Positions 1 through 12,728 of a stretch of 32,000 nucleotides of DNA are shown here, piece by piece. Position 1 is the first letter of the stretch. Every line of letters starts with the position of its first letter. The notes beneath the pieces were generated by a model that had not been told where the DNA came from, did no database searches, and saw nothing but the letters and a program-made list of their open reading frames with translations. The translations under genes were made by a program, and so were the position numbers. The stretch is from Aliivibrio fischeri ES114 (GTDB lineage: Bacteria > Pseudomonadota > Gammaproteobacteria > Enterobacterales > Vibrionaceae), in assembly GCF_000011805.1 (NCBI RefSeq), contig NC_006840.2; one strand, written 5' to 3'.

Positions 1-1194
1 TACTTTAAATCTAAAGCAACAATTCTAGCTACTGGTGGTGCTGGACGTATTTACGCTTCAACAACCAATGCACATATTAATACTGGTGATGGTGTTGGTA
101 TGGCGATTCGAGCTGGTGTTCCAATGCAAGACATTGAAATGTGGCAGTTCCACCCAACAGGTATCGCAGGTGCTGGTGTTCTTGTAACTGAAGGCTGTCG
201 TGGTGAAGGTGGTTATCTTTTAAATAAAGATGGTGAACGCTTCATGGAACGTTACGCACCAAATGCTAAAGATTTGGCCGGTCGTGATGTTGTAGCTCGT
301 TCAATGATGGTTGAAATTCGTGAAGGTCGTGGTTGCGATGGTCCTTGGGGTCCGCACATTAAACTGAAATTGGATCACTTAGGTAAAGAAACACTAGAGT
401 CACGTTTACCTGGTGTGTGTGAGTTATCTCGTACTTTTGCTCATGTTGACCCAGTAAAAGAACCTATTCCAGTGATTCCTACTTGTCACTACATGATGGG
501 CGGCGTACCAACTCAGGTTTCAGGTCAAGCTATTAAGCAAGATGAAAGTGGTGCCGATGTTGAAGTTCAAGGCCTGTTTGCTTGTGGTGAAATTGCGTCA
601 GTTTCAGTACATGGTGCTAACCGTTTAGGTGGCAACTCTTTGCTTGATTTAGTGGTATTTGGTCGTGCAACAGGGCTTCATTTAGGTGAAACACTGAAAA
701 AGCAAGCAGAAGCAAAACCAGCAACTGAAGAAGATATTCAGCGTTCACTAGAGCGTTATAATCGTTGGGAAAATAGCACGGGTGGTGAAGACCCAGCTCA
801 AATCCGTAAAGACTTACAACAGTGTATGCAAAATAACTTCTCGGTATTCCGTGAAGGTGATGCAATGGCAAAAGGTCTTGAAGAGCTAAAAGTGATCCGC
901 GAGCGTCTAAACAATGCGTATCTATCTGATAAATCGACTGAGTTTAATACTCAGCGTATTGAATGTTTAGAGCTAGAAAACTTGATGGAAACGGCATTTG
1001 CAACCGCAGTAGCAGCAAATTACCGTACAGAAAGTCGTGGAGCACACGCACGCTTTGATTTCCCTGAGCGTGATGATGCTAATTGGTTATGCCATTCAAT
1101 TTACAACCCTGAGACAGAATCAATGTCTAAGCGTAATGTAAATATGGAACCTGTTCACCGTGAAGCTTTCCCTCCGAAAGCTCGTACATATTAA
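1..1194 (+). CDS. sdhA: Succinate dehydrogenase flavoprotein subunit, 5'-truncated by the window edge
   Basis: Frame 1 is open from base 1 ([31 protein letters not shown]...) and joins the 100..1194 ORF; contains [30 protein letters not shown] and [21 protein letters not shown]. Confidence 0.98.
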   Translation, partial: YFKSKATILATGGAGRIYASTTNAHINTGDGVGMAIRAGVPMQDIEMWQFHPTGIAGAGVLVTEGCRGEGGYLLNKDGERFMERYAPNAKDLAGRDVVARSMMVEIREGRGCDGPWGPHIKLKLDHLGKETLESRLPGVCELSRTFAHVDPVKEPIPVIPTCHYMMGGVPTQVSGQAIKQDESGADVEVQGLFACGEIASVSVHGANRLGGNSLLDLVVFGRATGLHLGETLKKQAEAKPATEEDIQRSLERYNRWENSTGGEDPAQIRKDLQQCMQNNFSVFREGDAMAKGLEELKVIRERLNNAYLSDKSTEFNTQRIECLELENLMETAFATAVAANYRTESRGAHARFDFPERDDANWLCHSIYNPETESMSKRNVNMEPVHREAFPPKARTY

Positions 1195-1206
1195 GAGGGC
1201 AGAAGA

Positions 1207-1920
1207 ATGAAATTGAATTTTTCGATCTACCGCTATAATCCAGATGTAGATAATGCACCTCACATGAAAGCATACACATTAGATGTTGAAGAAGGTTCAG
1301 ATATGATGGTGCTTGATGCACTTATCTTATTAAAAGAACAAGACCCAACATTAGCTTTCCGCCGTTCATGTCGTGAGGGGGTGTGTGGTTCTGATGGTCT
1401 TAATATGAATGGTAAAAATGGACTTGCATGCATTACGCCATTATCTGAATTAGCAGATAAAAGTGAGATTGTTATTCGTCCATTGCCTGGTTTGCCTGTT
1501 GTTCGAGATTTGATTGTCGATATGGCACAATTCTATGAAAATTATGAAAAGGTAAAACCGTTCTTAATTAGTGATGGAGCAACGCCACCTTCAAGAGAAA
1601 ACCTACAATCTCCAGAAGAGCGTGAGCATCTAGATGGTTTGTATGAATGCATCATGTGTGCATGTTGTACTACCTCGTGCCCATCATTTTGGTGGAATCC
1701 TGATAAATTCATCGGACCAGCAGGGTTGCTTGCAGCTTATCGTTGGTTAATTGATAGTCGAGATACTGCAACAAATGAACGTTTATCTAATTTAGATGAT
1801 GCATTCAGTGTTTTTCGTTGCCATGGTATCATGAATTGTGTAAGTGTATGTCCTAAAGGGTTAAACCCAACAAAAGCAATTGGTCATATAAAGACAATGC
1901 TATTGAAAAAAGCGGTATAA
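1207..1920 (+). CDS. sdhB: Succinate dehydrogenase iron-sulfur subunit
   Basis: SCREGVCGSDGLNMNGKNGLAC [2Fe-2S] motif and CIMCACCTTSCPS / CHGIMNCVSVCPKGLNP cluster motifs; directly follows sdhA. Confidence 0.98.
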   Translation: MKLNFSIYRYNPDVDNAPHMKAYTLDVEEGSDMMVLDALILLKEQDPTLAFRRSCREGVCGSDGLNMNGKNGLACITPLSELADKSEIVIRPLPGLPVVRDLIVDMAQFYENYEKVKPFLISDGATPPSRENLQSPEEREHLDGLYECIMCACCTTSCPSFWWNPDKFIGPAGLLAAYRWLIDSRDTATNERLSNLDDAFSVFRCHGIMNCVSVCPKGLNPTKAIGHIKTMLLKKAV

Positions 1921-1929
1921 TTTACTTTT

Positions 1930-1984
1930 CCTCAACCTATGTTGATAGGTTGAGGCTTATTATAAGCCCGGCACAAAGACCGGG
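1930..1984 (+). promoter_or_regulatory. Two consecutive intercistronic hairpins in the sdhB-sucA gap (RNA processing, attenuation or stability elements)
   Basis: Perfect 11-bp stem CCTCAACCTAT-GTTG-ATAGGTTGAGG (1930-1955), then CCCGG...CCGGG (1967-1984); neither is followed by a clear T tract. Confidence 0.6.
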
Positions 1985-2017
1985 ATAGACGTGAAACTAC
2001 TGGATTAAGGGAAAATA

Positions 2018-4834
2018 ATGCAGAATAGCGTGATGAAGGCATGGCTCGAGTCTTCACATTTAGCTGGCGCTAATGCAACGTACGTAGAAGAACTCTACGA
2101 ATTCTATCTCAGTGACCCGGAAATCGTTAGTGACGAATGGCGAGAAGTTTTTGATGCGCTGCCAGTAAATCAAGCTGGTACAGCAGAGCAAGCTCATACT
2201 CCTGTTCGTGATTATTTCCGTCGTCTTGCGAAAGAAACCAAGCAATTTAGCGCTCAAGTTAACGATCCAGACGTAGATGCTAAGCAAGTTAAGGTACTGC
2301 AACTTATTAATGCGTACCGTTTCCGTGGGCATCAAAATGCAAATCTCGATCCATTAGGTTTGCAAATTCATGAATATGTTGCTGAATTAGAACCAGCATT
2401 TCATAACTTAACCGATGAAGATTTCTCAGAAACGTTTAACGTTGGCTCTTTTGCTTCAGGCCAAGAGACAATGAAACTTTCTGATTTGTATGATGCATTA
2501 CGCAGCACTTATTGTGGCTCTGTTGGTGCAGAATATATGCATATTACTAATACAGAGGAAAAACGTTGGATTCAACAACGTCTAGAATCTGTAGCTGGTA
2601 AGCCATCTTTTACTTCTCAAGAAAAACTCACATTCCTAGAAGAGCTCACGGCTGCTGAAGGCCTTGAACGCTATCTTGGTGCTAAGTTCCCTGGAGCGAA
2701 ACGTTTCTCACTGGAAGGTGGCGATGCCATGGTTCCTATGGTGAAAGAGTTAATTCGTCATGCGGGTTCGTGTGGTGGTAGAGAAGTCGTTATTGGTATG
2801 GCTCACCGTGGCCGTTTAAATATGCTAATCAACGTACTTGGCAAAAAGCCACAAGATTTATTCGATGAATTTGCTGGTAAGCATGGCGATTCATGGGGTA
2901 CAGGTGATGTTAAGTACCACCAAGGTTTCTCTTCTGATTTCGCAACTCCGGGTGGAGATGTGCATTTAGCATTGGCTTTCAACCCATCTCACTTAGAAAT
3001 TGTAAACCCAGTAGTTATTGGTTCGGTTCGTGCTCGCCAAGATCGTTTAAACGATAAAGCGGGTGATAAAGTAATTCCTATCACTATTCATGGTGATTCT
3101 GCTATTGCAGGGCAAGGCGTGGTAGCTGAGACATTTAATATGTCACAAGCTCGTGCTTTCTATGTGGGTGGTACGATTCGCATTGTCGTGAATAACCAAG
3201 TTGGTTTTACCACATCAAATCCGAAAGATACTCGTTCAACTCAATATTGTACTGATATTGCAAAAATGGTTCAGGCACCAATATTCCATGTGAATGCAGA
3301 TGATCCTGAAGCCGTTGCTTTTGTAACACGAATTGCATTGGATTACAGAAACGAATTTAAGCGTGATGTAGTGATTGATTTAGTGTGTTATCGCCGCCAT
3401 GGTCATAATGAAGCTGATGAGCCAAATGCAACGCAACCATTGATGTACCAAAAAATCAAAAAACACCCAACGCCACGTAAATTGTATGCGGACACATTAA
3501 TTGAGCGCCAAGATCTTGAGTTAGAGACGGCCACTCAACTTATTAATGAGTATCGAGATGCACTAGACCATGGTGAAGTTGTGGTGAAAGAGTGGCGTCC
3601 AATGAAACTACATAATGTAGATTGGTCACCATTTATTGGTCATGATTGGAATATGGAATGGGACAACGAATTCAATAAAGAGCGCTTAGTTGAGCTTGGT
3701 CAGCGAATTTGCCAATACCCAGAAAGCCATAAATTACACAGCCGAGTAAATAAGTTATATAACGACCGTATGTCAATGATTGCTGGAGAAAAAGCAATTG
3801 ATTGGGGTATGGCTGAAACATTAGCTTATGCGACGCTTGTTGATGAAGGTAAGCGTATTCGTATTACTGGCCAAGATTCTGGTCGTGGTACTTTCTTCCA
3901 TCGTCACGCAGTACTACATAATCAATCTGATGCAAGTACATACGTACCGCTATCAAATGTTCATGATAAACAAGGTCCATTTGAAGTCCATGATTCTGTT
4001 TTATCAGAAGCTGCCGTATTAGCGTTTGAGTATGGTTATGCAACGGCAGAGCCGAGTGGTTTAACGATTTGGGAAGCGCAATTTGGTGATTTTGCTAACT
4101 GTGCCCAAGTTGTTGTGGATCAGTTCATTTCTTCAGGTGAGCAAAAGTGGGGCCGTATGTGTGGTCTAACTATGCTGCTACCGCACGGTTATGAAGGTCA
4201 AGGTCCTGAGCACTCTTCTGCACGTTTAGAGCGTTATTTACAGCTTTGTGCTGAACAAAATATGCAAGTGGTTGTGCCATCAACACCGGCGCAAGTTTAT
4301 CACATGTTACGTCGTCAAGTGGTTCGCCCAATGCGTCGTCCATTAGTGGTAATGTCACCTAAATCTTTACTACGTCATCCATTATGTACATCAACACTTG
4401 AAGAGCTTGCTGAAGGTAACTTCCAGTCAGCGATTCCTGAGATTGATGCGTTAGATCCTAAACAAGTCAAACGAGTTGTTTTCTGTTCTGGTAAGGTTTA
4501 TTTCGACCTTCTGGAACAACGTCGAACGAATGAACAGAATGACATTGCAATTGTTCGTATTGAACAACTGTACCCATTCCCTAAAGAAGACGTAGAAGCA
4601 GCAATAGCTGAATATACAAATGTTGTTGATTATGTTTGGTGTCAAGAAGAACCTCAAAACCAAGGTGCTTGGTATTCAAGCCAACATAACTTCCGCTCAG
4701 CATTACCTGATGGTGCGATTCTACATTATGCAGGACGCCCAGCATCTGCTTCGCCAGCAGTAGGTTATATGTCGGTGCACGTGAAACAACAAAAAGCGTT
4801 AGTAGAAGACGCTCTGACCCTAGATAAGAACTAG
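2018..4834 (+). CDS. sucA: 2-oxoglutarate dehydrogenase E1 component
   Basis: 938 aa; [33 protein letters not shown] and [17 protein letters not shown] motifs; operon context. Confidence 0.98.
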   Translation: MQNSVMKAWLESSHLAGANATYVEELYEFYLSDPEIVSDEWREVFDALPVNQAGTAEQAHTPVRDYFRRLAKETKQFSAQVNDPDVDAKQVKVLQLINAYRFRGHQNANLDPLGLQIHEYVAELEPAFHNLTDEDFSETFNVGSFASGQETMKLSDLYDALRSTYCGSVGAEYMHITNTEEKRWIQQRLESVAGKPSFTSQEKLTFLEELTAAEGLERYLGAKFPGAKRFSLEGGDAMVPMVKELIRHAGSCGGREVVIGMAHRGRLNMLINVLGKKPQDLFDEFAGKHGDSWGTGDVKYHQGFSSDFATPGGDVHLALAFNPSHLEIVNPVVIGSVRARQDRLNDKAGDKVIPITIHGDSAIAGQGVVAETFNMSQARAFYVGGTIRIVVNNQVGFTTSNPKDTRSTQYCTDIAKMVQAPIFHVNADDPEAVAFVTRIALDYRNEFKRDVVIDLVCYRRHGHNEADEPNATQPLMYQKIKKHPTPRKLYADTLIERQDLELETATQLINEYRDALDHGEVVVKEWRPMKLHNVDWSPFIGHDWNMEWDNEFNKERLVELGQRICQYPESHKLHSRVNKLYNDRMSMIAGEKAIDWGMAETLAYATLVDEGKRIRITGQDSGRGTFFHRHAVLHNQSDASTYVPLSNVHDKQGPFEVHDSVLSEAAVLAFEYGYATAEPSGLTIWEAQFGDFANCAQVVVDQFISSGEQKWGRMCGLTMLLPHGYEGQGPEHSSARLERYLQLCAEQNMQVVVPSTPAQVYHMLRRQVVRPMRRPLVVMSPKSLLRHPLCTSTLEELAEGNFQSAIPEIDALDPKQVKRVVFCSGKVYFDLLEQRRTNEQNDIAIVRIEQLYPFPKEDVEAAIAEYTNVVDYVWCQEEPQNQGAWYSSQHNFRSALPDGAILHYAGRPASASPAVGYMSVHVKQQKALVEDALTLDKN

Positions 4835-4853
4835 AAAGTATAGGAAAACGGAT

Positions 4854-6065
4854 ATGACAATCGAAATTCTGGTTCCAGATTTACCTGAATCTGTAGCAGA
4901 CGCTACTGTAGCAACATGGCATAAACAACCTGGTGATGCAGTTGAGCGTGATGAAATACTTGTAGACATTGAAACGGACAAAGTGGTTCTTGAAGTACCA
5001 GCGCCAGAAGCGGGAGTACTAGAAACCATTTTAGAAGATGAAGGTGCAACGGTTCTTTCTAAACAACTTCTTGCGCGTATTAAGCCAGGTGCTGTTGTTG
5101 GTGAGCCAACGACTGATGTAACAACGGCAACTGAATCATCTCCTGATAAACGTCATACAGCGTCTTTATCAGAAGAAAGCAATGATGCATTAAGTCCTGC
5201 GGTTCGTCGCCTATTAGGTGAGCATGATATTGCTCCATCTGATGTGAAAGGCACAGGTGTTGGTGGTCGCATTACACGTGAAGATGTTGATGCGCATATT
5301 GCAGCATTGAAAGCCGCACCAAAAGCAGAAAAAGCAGCAGATAAGCCAGCAGAAGCATTAGCTCATCGTAGCGAAAAACGTGTACCGATGACTCGCCTTC
5401 GTAAAACAGTAGCCAACCGTCTACTTGAAGCGAAGAACAGCACAGCGATGTTAACGACGTTTAATGAAGTAAACATGAAACCTATCATGGATCTTCGTAA
5501 GCAATATAAAGATCAATTTGAAGAGCGTCATGGCACACGTTTAGGCTTTATGTCTTTCTATGTGAAAGCGGTAACAGAAGCATTGAAGCGTTACCCAGAA
5601 GTGAATGCGTCAATTGATGGTGATGATATCGTTTATCATAACTACTTTGATATTAGTATGGCAGTTTCAACTCCTCGTGGGTTAGTTACTCCTGTGCTGA
5701 AAGATTGCGATACGCTTGGATTTGCTGATATTGAAAAAGGCATTAAAGAGCTAGCAATTAAAGGTCGTGACGGTAAATTAGCAGTAGAAGATTTAATGGG
5801 CGGAAACTTTACCATTACTAATGGTGGCGTGTTTGGTTCATTAATGTCGACGCCAATTATCAATCCACCTCAAGCTGCAATTTTAGGTATGCATAAAATC
5901 CAAGATCGTCCTATGGCGGTTGATGGTAAGGTAGAAATTTTACCAATGATGTATCTAGCATTGTCTTACGATCACCGTTTAATTGATGGTCGTGAATCAG
6001 TAGGTTTCTTAGTAACCATTAAAGAGTTACTTGAAGATCCTGCTCGTTTATTACTAGATGTTTAA
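4854..6065 (+). CDS. sucB: Dihydrolipoyllysine-residue succinyltransferase (2-oxoglutarate dehydrogenase E2)
   Basis: Lipoyl domain with [16 protein letters not shown]3-binding domain and catalytic [13 protein letters not shown]. Confidence 0.98.
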   Translation: MTIEILVPDLPESVADATVATWHKQPGDAVERDEILVDIETDKVVLEVPAPEAGVLETILEDEGATVLSKQLLARIKPGAVVGEPTTDVTTATESSPDKRHTASLSEESNDALSPAVRRLLGEHDIAPSDVKGTGVGGRITREDVDAHIAALKAAPKAEKAADKPAEALAHRSEKRVPMTRLRKTVANRLLEAKNSTAMLTTFNEVNMKPIMDLRKQYKDQFEERHGTRLGFMSFYVKAVTEALKRYPEVNASIDGDDIVYHNYFDISMAVSTPRGLVTPVLKDCDTLGFADIEKGIKELAIKGRDGKLAVEDLMGGNFTITNGGVFGSLMSTPIINPPQAAILGMHKIQDRPMAVDGKVEILPMMYLALSYDHRLIDGRESVGFLVTIKELLEDPARLLLDV

Positions 6066-6088
6066 ATATAACGTTTAGTGACAAACAA

Positions 6089-6112
6089 AGGCTGCCATGC
6101 TCACGGCAGCCT
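6089..6112 (+). promoter_or_regulatory. Intercistronic hairpin between sucB and sucC
   Basis: AGGCTGCC-ATGCTCAC-GGCAGCCT, 8-bp perfect stem with only a weak T-rich tail; possible partial terminator or 3' stabilizer. Confidence 0.5.
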
Positions 6113-6217
6113 CTTATTCAACTTCATTATTGGATAAAAAATAGAAAGAGACCTTAGAGCCTCTTAGGACATTAAAAATTCCCATAAAAGGGAATAACAT
6201 AAAATGGATAGAACATA

Positions 6218-7384
6218 ATGAACTTACATGAATATCAAGCAAAGCAGCTCTTTGCAGAATTTGGCCTTCCTGTACCCGAGGGTTATGCTTGCGATACACC
6301 TCAAGAAGCTTTTGAAGCTGCAGGCCGTATTAGCACGGCGAAAAAAGTAGTTAAGTGTCAAGTACACGCTGGTGGCCGTGGTAAAGCGGGCGGTGTTGAA
6401 CTGCATGACACGAAAGAAGGCGTTAAAGAATTTGCACAAAAATGGCTAGGTAAAAATCTAGTTACTTTCCAAACGGATGCCAACGGCCAACCTGTATCAA
6501 AAATTTTAGTTGAAGAAGCATCAAATATTGCGAATGAATTGTACTTAGGTGCAGTTGTCGATCGTGCATCACAGCGTATTGTATTTATGGCATCGACTGA
6601 AGGTGGCGTTGATATTGAAAAAATTGCTGAAGAAACACCAGAACTGATACATAAAGCGGCGATCGATCCTCTTGTTGGCCCTCAAGCATACCAAGGTCGT
6701 GAACTGGCATTCAAATTGGGTTTAGAAGGCGATCAAATTAAGCAATTTGTTAAAATCTTCATGGGCCTAGGTAACATGTTTGCTCAGTACGATTTAGCAC
6801 TTCTTGAAATCAACCCATTAGTAGTTACTGCTGAAGGTAGCCTTCTATGTCTTGACGGCAAAATCAACATTGATTCAAATGCGATGTACCGTCAACCTAA
6901 GCTTCGTGAAATGCACGATCCATCTCAAGAAGACGAGCGTGAAGCGCATGCTGCTCAGTGGGAATTAAACTACGTAGCACTTGATGGCAGCATTGGCTGT
7001 ATGGTTAATGGTGCGGGTCTTGCGATGGGTACGATGGATATCGTAAATCTACACGGTGGCCAACCAGCTAACTTCCTTGATGTAGGTGGTGGTGCAACAA
7101 AAGAGCGTGTAACTGAAGCGTTCAAAATTATTTTATCAGACAGTAATGTTAAAGCGGTTCTAGTAAACATCTTTGGTGGTATTGTTCGTTGTGATCTAAT
7201 TGCAGATGGCATCATTGGTGCTGTTGAAGAAGTGGGTGTTGAAGTTCCTGTTGTTGTTCGCCTTGAAGGTAACAACGCACCACTAGGTTCACAAAAACTG
7301 GCTGAAAGTGGCCTAAATATCATTGCGGCTACTTCATTAACTGAAGCGGCTGAAAAAGTTGTTGCTGCAGCGGAGGGCAAATAA
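6218..7384 (+). CDS. sucC: Succinyl-CoA synthetase (ADP-forming) beta subunit
   Basis: 388 aa starting [22 protein letters not shown]; [15 protein letters not shown] and [15 protein letters not shown] motifs. Confidence 0.98.
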   Translation: MNLHEYQAKQLFAEFGLPVPEGYACDTPQEAFEAAGRISTAKKVVKCQVHAGGRGKAGGVELHDTKEGVKEFAQKWLGKNLVTFQTDANGQPVSKILVEEASNIANELYLGAVVDRASQRIVFMASTEGGVDIEKIAEETPELIHKAAIDPLVGPQAYQGRELAFKLGLEGDQIKQFVKIFMGLGNMFAQYDLALLEINPLVVTAEGSLLCLDGKINIDSNAMYRQPKLREMHDPSQEDEREAHAAQWELNYVALDGSIGCMVNGAGLAMGTMDIVNLHGGQPANFLDVGGGATKERVTEAFKIILSDSNVKAVLVNIFGGIVRCDLIADGIIGAVEEVGVEVPVVVRLEGNNAPLGSQKLAESGLNIIAATSLTEAAEKVVAAAEGK

Positions 7385-8256
7385 TGTCTGTACTAATTAA
7401 TAAAGATACAAAAGTTATCTGCCAAGGTTTTACTGGTGGTCAAGGTACGTTCCACTCAGAGCAAGCCATTGATTACGGAACACAAATGGTTGGCGGTGTA
7501 TCACCAGGCAAAGGTGGTCAAGTTCACCTAGGTCTTCCAGTATTTAACACGGTTCGTGATGCAGTTGAAGCAACTGGTGCAACAGCTTCGGTTATTTATG
7601 TACCTGCGCCTTTCTGTAAAGATGCAATCCTTGAAGCAATCGATGCGGGTATTAAGCTTATCGTAACGATTACAGAAGGCATTCCAACGCTTGATCTTTT
7701 AGACGTTAAAGTTCGTCTAGATGCAGAAGGTGTAGTGATGATTGGTCCTAACTGTCCGGGTGTTATTACTCCTGATGAATGTAAGATTGGTATCATGCCG
7801 GGCCACATTCATAAGAAAGGTAAAGTAGGTATTGTTTCTCGCTCTGGTACATTAACGTATGAAGCAGTTAAGCAGACAACTGACGAAGGCTTTGGCCAAT
7901 CAACGTGTGTTGGTATTGGTGGTGATCCAATTCCGGGTTCAAACTTTATTGATATTCTAAAACTGTTCCAAGAAGATCCAGAAACAGAAGCAATCGTAAT
8001 GATTGGTGAGATCGGTGGTACAGCAGAAGAAGAAGCGGCTGCATATATTAAAGCGAATGTAACTAAACCTGTGGTTTCTTATATTGCAGGTGTTACTGCG
8101 CCTCCAGGTAAACGTATGGGCCATGCTGGTGCCATTATCTCTGGTGGTAAAGGCACGGCAGAAGATAAGTTTGCAGCGCTAGAAGAAGCGGGCGTTAAGA
8201 CAGTAAAAAGTCTTGCAGACATCGGTAAAGCACTAAGAGAAGTGACTGGTTGGTAA
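7384..8256 (+). CDS. sucD: Succinyl-CoA synthetase alpha subunit
   Basis: 290 aa; [25 protein letters not shown] and active-site [18 protein letters not shown]; overlaps sucC by 1 nt. Confidence 0.98.
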   Translation: MSVLINKDTKVICQGFTGGQGTFHSEQAIDYGTQMVGGVSPGKGGQVHLGLPVFNTVRDAVEATGATASVIYVPAPFCKDAILEAIDAGIKLIVTITEGIPTLDLLDVKVRLDAEGVVMIGPNCPGVITPDECKIGIMPGHIHKKGKVGIVSRSGTLTYEAVKQTTDEGFGQSTCVGIGGDPIPGSNFIDILKLFQEDPETEAIVMIGEIGGTAEEEAAAYIKANVTKPVVSYIAGVTAPPGKRMGHAGAIISGGKGTAEDKFAALEEAGVKTVKSLADIGKALREVTGW

Positions 8257-8285
8257 TAAGTTAAACCAATACATGAATAACTCAG

Positions 8286-8316
8286 AAGCCATTTATAGAA
8301 ATATGAATGGCTTTTT
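8286..8316 (+). terminator. Rho-independent terminator after sucD
   Basis: AAGCCATT...AATGGCTT stem followed by TTTTTT. Confidence 0.75.
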
Positions 8317-8443
8317 TAATATGTGACATTATGAAATGTTTAGTTACATTTAGAGTGGTGAAAAAGAGTACAGGATTCGGATAACTATTTGATAAGATTC
8401 GGCGCTTTTTCTTTCTACGACTTTTATTTATATTACTCAAAGA

Positions 8444-10099
8444 ATGAATAGCATGATGATTAATGGTTATTTTTATTTGAGACCTTTTATGCAATTTAAT
8501 ACAAAATCTAAGTATTTTATTATCTATGTAATTTTTTCGGCTGCAATGTTTGGTTCCATTATTATGGGGGCATACAACGTACGATTCACTTTAGAAACCA
8601 ATAACGTAACACGTTTAGAAAACTTGCTAACCAATGCGAAAAACACCATTGCTACATTAGAAGAAAAGGCGGCAACAGGTGAGTTGTCAGAAATTGAAGC
8701 TAAGCGTCTTGCAAGTGAGTTGATGCAAAGTTATGCCTATTCCGATAATGAATATATTTGGATGACCGATGAAAAGTTAAACTTTTTAGCAGCGCCATTA
8801 GATCCTCAAATTATAGGTAAGCATTTCTCAGATATTGTTAGCAAAGAAGCTGAAACTCATATTATTAATAACTTAACCGTAGCTGGGCAAGTGATTACTT
8901 ATTCATGGTTCACGACTCGTGAAAATGTCACAACAGAAGTGAAGTCCATTGCAGTAAAAACCAAACTGTGGAATTGGTATTTAGGTAGTGGTGTTCAAGA
9001 GAAGAAAGTAAACGATACGTTTAAAGCATTCTTATTCGAAGGGTTAACTATTGGTGTTATTGTTAATCTTTTCATTGGATTAGTGATGTTTTTTGCGGTT
9101 AGAAAATACAACAAAACCTTAGGGAATGAGCCCGATGTCATTCTTAATGTTATTGACCGTATTTCTCGAGGCGATCTAAGTCACTTACCTGAAAAATCGA
9201 TTGAAAATGTTGGTATCTATAGCCGCATTCTTGATATGGCATCAAATATCAAAGAGTTAGTTAATGATATAACGGTATTAACAAAAGAGTTAAGTGATTC
9301 GTCTCATCATCTATCTGCTTCTTCTCAAACAATGAATGTTAATGTGAAAACACAAACAGAACAGTTAGAACAAGCTGCTGTTGCCACAGATCAAATTGTT
9401 GTTAGTGTTAATGAAGTAACGAAAAGCGCTGTCCAAGCGACAGATTCAGCGTTAACCGTAAATAGTACATCAGCAGATTGTATTAGCACTATCGGTGATA
9501 TGAACAATGATATGCAACAACTGGCTGGAAATATTAAAGGTGTAGCTGAAGTTATCGGTAATCTACAAGTCGAAACCGAAAACATTGGCAGTATTTTAGA
9601 TGTAATTAGAGGTATTGCCGATCAAACAAACTTACTGGCATTAAATGCTGCGATTGAAGCTGCACGTGCCGGTGAAAGTGGCCGTGGTTTTGCTGTTGTC
9701 GCTGATGAAGTTCGTTTACTTGCGAGTCGAACTCAAGACAGTACTGCTCAAATATCAGAAATGATTGCAGGCTTACAAGATGAAGCTGTTAAATCAGTTA
9801 ACTTAATGCAAAGTAACTCAGACGAAGCGCACACAATTGCTGAAAAGACAGTGGTAGCTCAAAATACAGTGAACTCTATCTTTGAATCGGTTTCAGTAAT
9901 ACAAACCATGAACAGCCAAATATCAGCGTCAACAGAAGAGCAATTAGTTGCAACAACGAACGTAAATCAGTTAATCACTGATATTAATATGTTTGCAAAA
10001 GATAATTTAACGGATGTGGAGTCAACAGCACAACAAGCTGAAAAACTTGGTTCCATGGCAGATGATTTAACAAGCATTGTAAATCGATTTAAATTATAA
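8444..10099 (+). CDS. Methyl-accepting chemotaxis protein with periplasmic single-cache-like sensor domain
   Basis: N-terminal TM; sensor region [28 protein letters not shown]...WFTTRE...WNWYLGSGV; second TM; signalling tip [41 protein letters not shown]. Start uncertain: 8444 as in the track, or internal ATG at 8489 ([10 protein letters not shown]). Confidence 0.93.
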   Translation: MNSMMINGYFYLRPFMQFNTKSKYFIIYVIFSAAMFGSIIMGAYNVRFTLETNNVTRLENLLTNAKNTIATLEEKAATGELSEIEAKRLASELMQSYAYSDNEYIWMTDEKLNFLAAPLDPQIIGKHFSDIVSKEAETHIINNLTVAGQVITYSWFTTRENVTTEVKSIAVKTKLWNWYLGSGVQEKKVNDTFKAFLFEGLTIGVIVNLFIGLVMFFAVRKYNKTLGNEPDVILNVIDRISRGDLSHLPEKSIENVGIYSRILDMASNIKELVNDITVLTKELSDSSHHLSASSQTMNVNVKTQTEQLEQAAVATDQIVVSVNEVTKSAVQATDSALTVNSTSADCISTIGDMNNDMQQLAGNIKGVAEVIGNLQVETENIGSILDVIRGIADQTNLLALNAAIEAARAGESGRGFAVVADEVRLLASRTQDSTAQISEMIAGLQDEAVKSVNLMQSNSDEAHTIAEKTVVAQNTVNSIFESVSVIQTMNSQISASTEEQLVATTNVNQLITDINMFAKDNLTDVESTAQQAEKLGSMADDLTSIVNRFKL

Positions 10100-10103
10100 A
10101 AAT

Positions 10104-10137
10104 AAAAAGAGCAAGACGAAATCGTCTTGCTCTTTTT
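10104..10137. terminator. Strong, potentially bidirectional terminator between the converging MCP and znuB genes
   Basis: AAAAAGAGCAAGACGA-AA-TCGTCTTGCTCTTTTT, 16-bp perfect inverted repeat with A/T ends on both sides. Confidence 0.85.
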
Positions 10138-10193
10138 GTATGGTTTCAATCAGGAGACATCGTTGGTCAAATCTTTATGTAAACCGGTATATT

Positions 10194-10979
10194 TTAACCT
10201 TTTACTTTTTTTAGCTGGCTGAGCATAAATATCGCAGCACCAGAAACAACAACAGATGGGCCGGCAGGAGTATCATAATGCCAAGATAAGGCCAATCCCG
10301 CCATTACTGCTATGCACCCGAATATAGACGCAAATACAACCATTTGTTCAGGTGAACGAGAAAATCGACGAGCGGTAGCTGCAGGGATAATTAATAGAGA
10401 AGTAATAATTAACGCTCCGACAAACTTCATTGCAATGGCAATAACTAATCCAACCATCAACATTAAGACTAAACGCATTAATTCAACGTTAACCCCTTCC
10501 ACTTGAGCCAACTCTTCACTGATTGTCGAAGACAGTAATGGTTTCCAAACAATAAAAATCAATCCTAATATAATAATGACGCCTGAATAGATATATAAAA
10601 GGTCATCATAAGTTACAGCTAATAGATCACCGAATAAATATGACATTAAATCAACACGAACATTATCTAAAAAGCTGACAGCAACTAAACCTAGAGAAAG
10701 TGAACTATGCGCTAAAATGCCCAATAGGGTATCGGTAGCAACAAGACGTTGTTTTTGTAATGTCACCAGCAATACGGCAATAGCAACACAGCAAATAACC
10801 AAAGCTAAATTTAGATTGATATCAAATAAGAAACCTAAAGATAAGCCGAGTAAAGAGGCGTGAGCTAATGTATCACCAAAATAAGCCATTTTACGCCAAA
10901 CAACGAATGAACCTAATGGACCTGCCAATAAAGCAATGCCTAATCCAGCGAGTAAAGCAGGAAGTAAAAATTCAATCAT
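10194..10979 (-). CDS. znuB: Zinc ABC transporter permease
   Basis: ABC-3 family permease ([31 protein letters not shown]); adjacent to znuC and divergent from znuA. Confidence 0.95.
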   Translation of the reverse strand: MIEFLLPALLAGLGIALLAGPLGSFVVWRKMAYFGDTLAHASLLGLSLGFLFDINLNLALVICCVAIAVLLVTLQKQRLVATDTLLGILAHSSLSLGLVAVSFLDNVRVDLMSYLFGDLLAVTYDDLLYIYSGVIIILGLIFIVWKPLLSSTISEELAQVEGVNVELMRLVLMLMVGLVIAIAMKFVGALIITSLLIIPAATARRFSRSPEQMVVFASIFGCIAVMAGLALSWHYDTPAGPSVVVSGAAIFMLSQLKKVKG

Positions 10980-11746
10980 TGGTGTGCCTTTTTATTTTTG
11001 CTGCAGCATGAACCATCACTTGGTTCTCCAGAAAGATCATGATTGTGATGATGTTCATGATGATAAAACGCAAGTTGTTGATCTCGTTGTTGTCCAAACA
11101 GGGCAATATACTTTGGGTGTTTTGAAATGGATTCAGGAGCCCCTGAACAGCAAATATGGTGCTGAAGGCAAATTACTTCATCAGTTTTTGCCATCACTAA
11201 ATGTAAGTCGTGCGACACCATAAATACGGCACAGTTAAAACGGTGTCGAATGGATTCAATTAAGGCATATAAACTGATTTGTCCTTGCACGTCGACACCT
11301 TGTGCAGGTTCATCTAGAACGAGTAAATCAGGGCGTTGTAATAATGCACGCGCTAATAACACACGTTGCGATTCTCCGCCAGAGAGTTTATGCATATTGG
11401 AATTTAAAAGATGCTCTGCTTCAACAAGTTTTAAAGCACTAAGATGCTCCTGCTGGCTGTACTTACCGGCTAGTTTTAGAAAACCATGAACTGATAAAGG
11501 AAGTGAATCGTTTAAATGCAATTTTTGAGGAACATAACCAATACGCAGTTTTTTTTCTTTTTTTATGGTTCCGCTTGTTGGTTTTTGTAGACCTAGGATG
11601 GTTTTTACTAATGTCGATTTTCCTGCGCCATTAGGGCCAATCAAAGTAATGATCTTATTTGATTCAATAGAAAGAGAGACATTATCGATGACATGACGGT
11701 CATCAAAGACAACACAAACATCTTGTAAAGTGAGTAAAGTGGTCAT
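10976..11746 (-). CDS. znuC: Zinc ABC transporter ATP-binding protein, His/Cys-rich C-terminus
   Basis: Walker [10 protein letters not shown], signature LSGGE, Walker B LLVLDEP; C-term [28 protein letters not shown]; 4-nt overlap with znuB. Confidence 0.96.
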   Translation of the reverse strand: MTTLLTLQDVCVVFDDRHVIDNVSLSIESNKIITLIGPNGAGKSTLVKTILGLQKPTSGTIKKEKKLRIGYVPQKLHLNDSLPLSVHGFLKLAGKYSQQEHLSALKLVEAEHLLNSNMHKLSGGESQRVLLARALLQRPDLLVLDEPAQGVDVQGQISLYALIESIRHRFNCAVFMVSHDLHLVMAKTDEVICLQHHICCSGAPESISKHPKYIALFGQQRDQQLAFYHHEHHHNHDLSGEPSDGSCCSKNKKAHQ

Positions 11747-11774
11747 TTTTAAATAAGAGTCGTTTGCAATTAGT

Positions 11775-11796
11775 AAGTGTTATAATGTAACATTTT
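11775..11796. promoter_or_regulatory. Candidate Zur box in the znuC/znuA divergent promoter
   Basis: AAGTGTTATAATGTAACATTT closely resembles the gammaproteobacterial Zur operator (GAAATGTTATANTATAACATTTC) as recalled, and sits in the expected divergent region. Confidence 0.82.
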
Positions 11797-11834
11797 AAAA
11801 ATCCAATCGCTATCACATTTTTTAAGAGACAAAA

Positions 11835-12728
11835 ATGACGAAAAGAATTCAATTCATATTGCTGTGTATATGTACCTTTTGGGGAGTAAATGCACAAGCA
11901 ATGAGCGTATTATCTTCAGTAAAGCCGATTAATCTTATTGTACAGGAATTAACAGCAGGTGTAGCGACATCGTCATATTTAGTTCCAAGTGGCGCGTCAC
12001 CTCATGATTACGCATTACGTCCATCAGATATGAAAAAAATCCAGAAAGCCGATACCATTGTTTGGTATGGAAATGATCTTGAACCTTTCCTTAGTAAAGT
12101 TTTAGAAAATAAAAAGAACATCATTACAGTAAGCCAATTTCCTTCTGTTGAATTTTATCATTTTGACAAGCACGATGAAGATGAACATGCTCATGAAGGG
12201 CATCATCACCACAATACAGACCCTCATTTTTGGTTAGGTCCAAAAGAAACTTTAGGCGTCGCAAAAGAGATAACCAAGCAACTGATTAAAATTGATCCAT
12301 TGAATAAAGATCAATATCAGTCTAACCTTGCACAGTTTGAAAAAAAGTTAACACAGGTAGTGAAAACGATTTCAACTCAATTAGCCCCAGTGAAAAGTAA
12401 AGGTTACTTTGTTTTTCATGATGCATATGGCTATTTTGAGCGTTATTTTGATATGAATAACTTAGGGCACTTTACGGTGAGTCCGGATAGAAAACCGGGT
12501 GCAAAAACATTGATAAAAATAAAAAAATCACTGGTTTCTCAGCAAGCAGTATGTGTTTTTTCTGAACCTCAATTTGAGCCAGCTATCGTAACAACGATAA
12601 CTCGCGGTACTGATGTTCATAAAGGTGAATTAGATCCTTTAGCCATACAGCAAGATGAAGTTCCGGGTGCTTATTTTAATTTCTTATTAACCATCAGTAA
12701 CGAGCTAGAAAGTTGTCTAAATCAATGA
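11835..12728 (+). CDS. znuA: Zinc ABC transporter periplasmic substrate-binding protein
   Basis: Signal peptide; SGASPHDYALRPSD; His-rich loop HDEDEHAHEGHHHHNTDPHFWLGP. Confidence 0.96.
   Translation: MTKRIQFILLCICTFWGVNAQAMSVLSSVKPINLIVQELTAGVATSSYLVPSGASPHDYALRPSDMKKIQKADTIVWYGNDLEPFLSKVLENKKNIITVSQFPSVEFYHFDKHDEDEHAHEGHHHHNTDPHFWLGPKETLGVAKEITKQLIKIDPLNKDQYQSNLAQFEKKLTQVVKTISTQLAPVKSKGYFVFHDAYGYFERYFDMNNLGHFTVSPDRKPGAKTLIKIKKSLVSQQAVCVFSEPQFEPAIVTTITRGTDVHKGELDPLAIQQDEVPGAYFNFLLTISNELESCLNQ

Noticed and set aside
6970-7380. 136-aa ORF antisense to sucC
   Set aside because: It is fully within a clear coding gene, with a low-complexity, shadow-like composition and no recognizable domain.
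9391-9585. ORF antisense to the MCP
   Set aside because: Short and lies in the conserved MCP coding region with no independent evidence.
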